DNA of 28,644 nt from a virus. Taxonomy: Duplodnaviria > Caudoviricetes. The stretch is from positions 1-28,644 of the IMG/VR virus record IMGVR_UViG_3300044272_005370, one strand, 5' to 3'. Below are positions 26,203-28,644 of this stretch, piece by piece; positions within the stretch are counted from its first letter, which is position 1; each line of letters starts with the position of its first letter. The notes beneath the pieces are model-generated. The model had not been told where the DNA came from, searched no databases, and worked only from the letters and a program-made list of their open reading frames with translations. Made by a program: the position numbers and the translations under genes.

Positions 26203-26229
26203 TGATATACCTATTTCTGTCTATATAAT
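26202..26229 (+). promoter_or_regulatory. Sigma70-type promoter TTGATA-N16-TATAAT; predicted +1 at ATG 26236
   Basis: TTGATA 26202-26207, TATAAT 26224-26229, 6 nt to ATG; same geometry and the same TATAATAGA as the dut promoter. Confidence 0.7.
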
Positions 26230-26235
26230 AGATAT

Positions 26236-27027
26236 ATGTTAGTATCTCATGAAAGCCCGATAAGTATATTAGATAAATCTAAAGAATATAATGATTATGA
26301 TTATGCTTTAGTTCATCTATTTGAAACCCACCCTAACTATTATGAATTTTTTCAAAATAGTGTTAAGTTAGGTAGAGAAGTACTTTTAGATAATAGTATT
26401 TTTGAATTAGGAGAATCATTTGAACCTGGTAAGTTTGCTAAGTATGTTAAAGAACTTAAACCATCTTATTATATTGTACCTGATGTTTTGGAAGACGGAT
26501 ATGCAACTATAAAAAGTTTTCATGAGTTTACTAATAAGTATCCAAAATTACCTGGATTAAAGATAGGGGCGGTTCAAGGTAAAACTTATGATGAGATAGT
26601 TGATTGTTATAACTATATGTCTGATAATGCTGATTATATAGCAATTAGTTTTGATTTTAGTTATTATGTAGTTACAGGGAAAGGTAAAACTAAACTTGAA
26701 AGATGGTGTGACGGTCGTAGAAGATTAATTGAACAATTAAAGAAAGATGGTATATGGAATAATCAAAAGCCTCATCATTTACTTGGATGTTCATTAGCTA
26801 AAGAATTTAAAAATTATGTCGGTGATATATCTATAAGATCTGTAGATACTTCTAATCCTGTAGTAGCTGGTATTAAGGAACTTAGATATACTGGTAATCT
26901 AGGATTAAATGATAAACCTTCGATTATGTTAGCTGATTTAATTGATCATGAGGTTACTGATACTGAAATGGAAGATATACTATATAACGTTAATAATTTT
27001 AAAGATATTATAGGTCATGGTAATTAG
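26236..27027 (+). CDS. dpdA: tRNA-guanine transglycosylase-like TIM-barrel protein (DpdA-like 7-deazaguanine base-exchange enzyme)
   Basis: TGT-fold motifs occur in order: LLDNSIFE (cf. DSGGF/Y), IVPD, GAVQG (cf. GIVQG), HHLLG (cf. YLMG) and SVDTSNP (cf. MFDCVxP, nucleophile Asp). There is no C-terminal Cys zinc site. It is co-operonic with queF. Confidence 0.7.
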   Translation: MLVSHESPISILDKSKEYNDYDYALVHLFETHPNYYEFFQNSVKLGREVLLDNSIFELGESFEPGKFAKYVKELKPSYYIVPDVLEDGYATIKSFHEFTNKYPKLPGLKIGAVQGKTYDEIVDCYNYMSDNADYIAISFDFSYYVVTGKGKTKLERWCDGRRRLIEQLKKDGIWNNQKPHHLLGCSLAKEFKNYVGDISIRSVDTSNPVVAGIKELRYTGNLGLNDKPSIMLADLIDHEVTDTEMEDILYNVNNFKDIIGHGN

Positions 27028-27565
27028 TTTTACAGGAGCTCAAAGTACTGGTAAATCTACTTTACTAAGTAAGATGCAGATAGATGAAAGATTTCGAAAG
27101 TATAATTTTGTTCCGGAAATAACTAGAGGTTTAAAAAAGAAATATAATTTAGATATTAATGAAAATGGGGATGAACTTACTCAATTGATAACAGTTAATA
27201 GTCATTTGTATAATTATCTTGATCATATAGGTAGAGATGTTATATTAGATCGATGCATTTTAGATGGATTAGTATATACGACATATCAATATCATACAAA
27301 GAAAGTAAGTAAAGAAATATATAATTATAGTGAGCTTCTCTTTAAAAAACTAATAGGTGAATTGGATATTATACTATATACAGAACCTGATATCCCCTTA
27401 GTAGATGATGGTGAGCGTAGCGTAGATAAAGAGTTTCGAAATACTATAGTTAATTTATTTGAAGAAGCAATTGAACATTATAAATTAAATGTAATTAGGT
27501 TAAGTGGATCAGTTGATAATCGTATGGAAACAATTTATAATATAGTAGATAATTATGGCAAATAA
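27017..27565 (+). CDS. P-loop nucleoside/nucleotide kinase-like protein (AAA_28 / NadR-kinase / thymidylate kinase-like)
   Basis: Walker A GAQSTGKS, VPEITR, ILDRCILD (NMP-kinase DR motif) and PDIPLVDDGER (NadR-like PxxxDGxR). Confidence 0.75.
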   Translation: MVISFTGAQSTGKSTLLSKMQIDERFRKYNFVPEITRGLKKKYNLDINENGDELTQLITVNSHLYNYLDHIGRDVILDRCILDGLVYTTYQYHTKKVSKEIYNYSELLFKKLIGELDIILYTEPDIPLVDDGERSVDKEFRNTIVNLFEEAIEHYKLNVIRLSGSVDNRMETIYNIVDNYGK

Positions 27566-28484
27566 CGTATTAGATAATAGTAGAATTAGTAAGCATTTAG
27601 GACAAACGTCTCAATATAAGAGTACGTATGATCCTGATTTGTTAGTTAGAGAGCCTCGAAGTAATAATCGAGAATATTTAAATATATTTGATGATGACTT
27701 ACCTTTCGTAGGCTCCGATACCTGGAATGCATATGAGTGTTCATTCCTTCTTAATAATGGGGCTCCTGTAACTGGGGTTGTAAAATGTATATATCCATGC
27801 TCAAGTAAGTATATAGTTGAAAGTAAAAGTATTAAGTTATATTTTAACTCTTTTAATATGACTATGATGGGTTATAATAAAGATGATGCTATATATAGTT
27901 TTGAAGAAGATGCTAGTGTAGATTTAAGTGAATTATTAGAGACTAAAGTTGTAGTTAAGTTTCAAGAAGGTGATCGAGTTAATAAAAAATTTGATAGTCC
28001 TAATATGGAATGGGAGATTGATAATTATTTAAATGTCGATTTATTAGAAGATGAAAAAGATTATCAATACAATCAATATACTGAAGATCCTAGTCTATTA
28101 GAAGGAGTTTCTCGTATAAGAGATTTAGAACAAAAGTTCTATTCTGGTTTACTAAAGAGTAATTGCCGAGTTACTTCACAACCTGATTGGGGTGACGTTT
28201 TTATTTATATCAAATCAAAGACTGCTATTGATGCTCATAGTATTAAAAAGTATGTTATATCATATAGAGATGAGTGTCATTTTCATGAGGAGATATGTGA
28301 GTGTTTTTATAAGAGATTAAAAGATGCTTTCGATCCTTCTGAGCTATTAGTAATGTGTTTATATGCTCGTAGAGGGGGTATTGATATTAATCCTGTAAGA
28401 GCTTCAAGTCAAGATCTTATTGAGAAGTATGCTGCTAATCTAATTGACCCAGAAGCAGTTCATATTAAAACTTCTAAGCAATAA
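27555..28484 (+). CDS. queF: NADPH-dependent 7-cyano-7-deazaguanine (preQ0) reductase, bimodular type-II QueF
   Basis: YDPDLL, DTWNAYE, QueF motif VESKSIKLYFNSFN, catalytic LKSNCRVTSQPDWG, HFHEEICE and YARRGGIDINP. Confidence 0.95.
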   Translation: MANNVLDNSRISKHLGQTSQYKSTYDPDLLVREPRSNNREYLNIFDDDLPFVGSDTWNAYECSFLLNNGAPVTGVVKCIYPCSSKYIVESKSIKLYFNSFNMTMMGYNKDDAIYSFEEDASVDLSELLETKVVVKFQEGDRVNKKFDSPNMEWEIDNYLNVDLLEDEKDYQYNQYTEDPSLLEGVSRIRDLEQKFYSGLLKSNCRVTSQPDWGDVFIYIKSKTAIDAHSIKKYVISYRDECHFHEEICECFYKRLKDAFDPSELLVMCLYARRGGIDINPVRASSQDLIEKYAANLIDPEAVHIKTSKQ

Positions 28485-28555
28485 TGGATATAATAATGTT
28501 ATGGGGTGCAATTTTATGCATTATATTATACTCATGGTATATATCAACGCTATAG
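28484..28555 (+). CDS. Unannotated 23-aa single-transmembrane-like peptide MDIIMLWGAILCIILYSWYISTL
   Basis: The ATG overlaps the queF stop (TAATG, as at other junctions here); almost entirely hydrophobic; ends at TAG 28555. Confidence 0.45.
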   Translation: MDIIMLWGAILCIILYSWYISTL

Positions 28556-28557
28556 AC

Positions 28558-28595
28558 AAAATGAGACCTGGCCCATAATTATGAACCAGATCTCA
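28558..28595 (-). terminator. Probable intrinsic terminator hairpin for a convergent minus-strand transcript
   Basis: 34-nt imperfect inverted repeat at 28562-28595 (TGAGACCTGGCC-CATAATTATG-AACCAGATCTCA). Its three mismatches are C-A on the plus strand but G-U wobbles on the minus strand, where it is followed by UUUUG. Confidence 0.6.
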
Positions 28596-28644
28596 AGATA
28601 ATTATAACTTATACTAAGATTAGTCGTTATGCAAAGTACACCTT

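Noticed and set aside
1-28644. Stop-codon reassignment, CRISPR array, tRNA/rRNA, intron/intein, diversity-generating retroelement or mobile element
   Set aside because: Genes tile the window in the standard code with TAA, TGA and TAG all used as stops. I saw no spaced direct repeats, cloverleafs, reverse transcriptase, homing endonuclease, integrase or transposase motifs, and intergenic gaps are all under about 100 nt.

Overview
This is a very AT-rich, gene-dense segment of a large T4-like (myovirus-type) bacteriophage genome, read in the standard genetic code. Most of the window encodes tail and baseplate proteins: a 5'-truncated hub-like protein, a gp5-like spike, gp25, gp6, several large virion proteins, two tandem fibres with Peptidase_S74 chaperone domains, and a PKD/Calx-beta-like repeat adhesin. 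Two non-structural operons are interspersed. The first is dUTPase, a minimal SET-domain methyltransferase, an unannotated 36-aa Lys/Arg-rich peptide and a clamp loader. The second is a TGT/DpdA-like transglycosylase, a NadR/AAA_28-type P-loop kinase, QueF and an unannotated 23-aa hydrophobic peptide, i.e. a 7-deazaguanine (preQ1) modification module with an unexpected kinase. Both operons start from sigma70-type promoters of identical geometry. Ten other genes have T4-late-type (TA)TAAATA boxes 4-10 nt before their ATG. No properly spaced Shine-Dalgarno sequence was seen, which points to largely leaderless translation. Other unexplained patterns are a recurring Leu-Ser-Ala tripeptide confined to virion proteins and a shared Gly/Ser-rich YGxGY C-terminal tail on two unrelated proteins. 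All family calls come from motifs recognised by eye; no searches were run.
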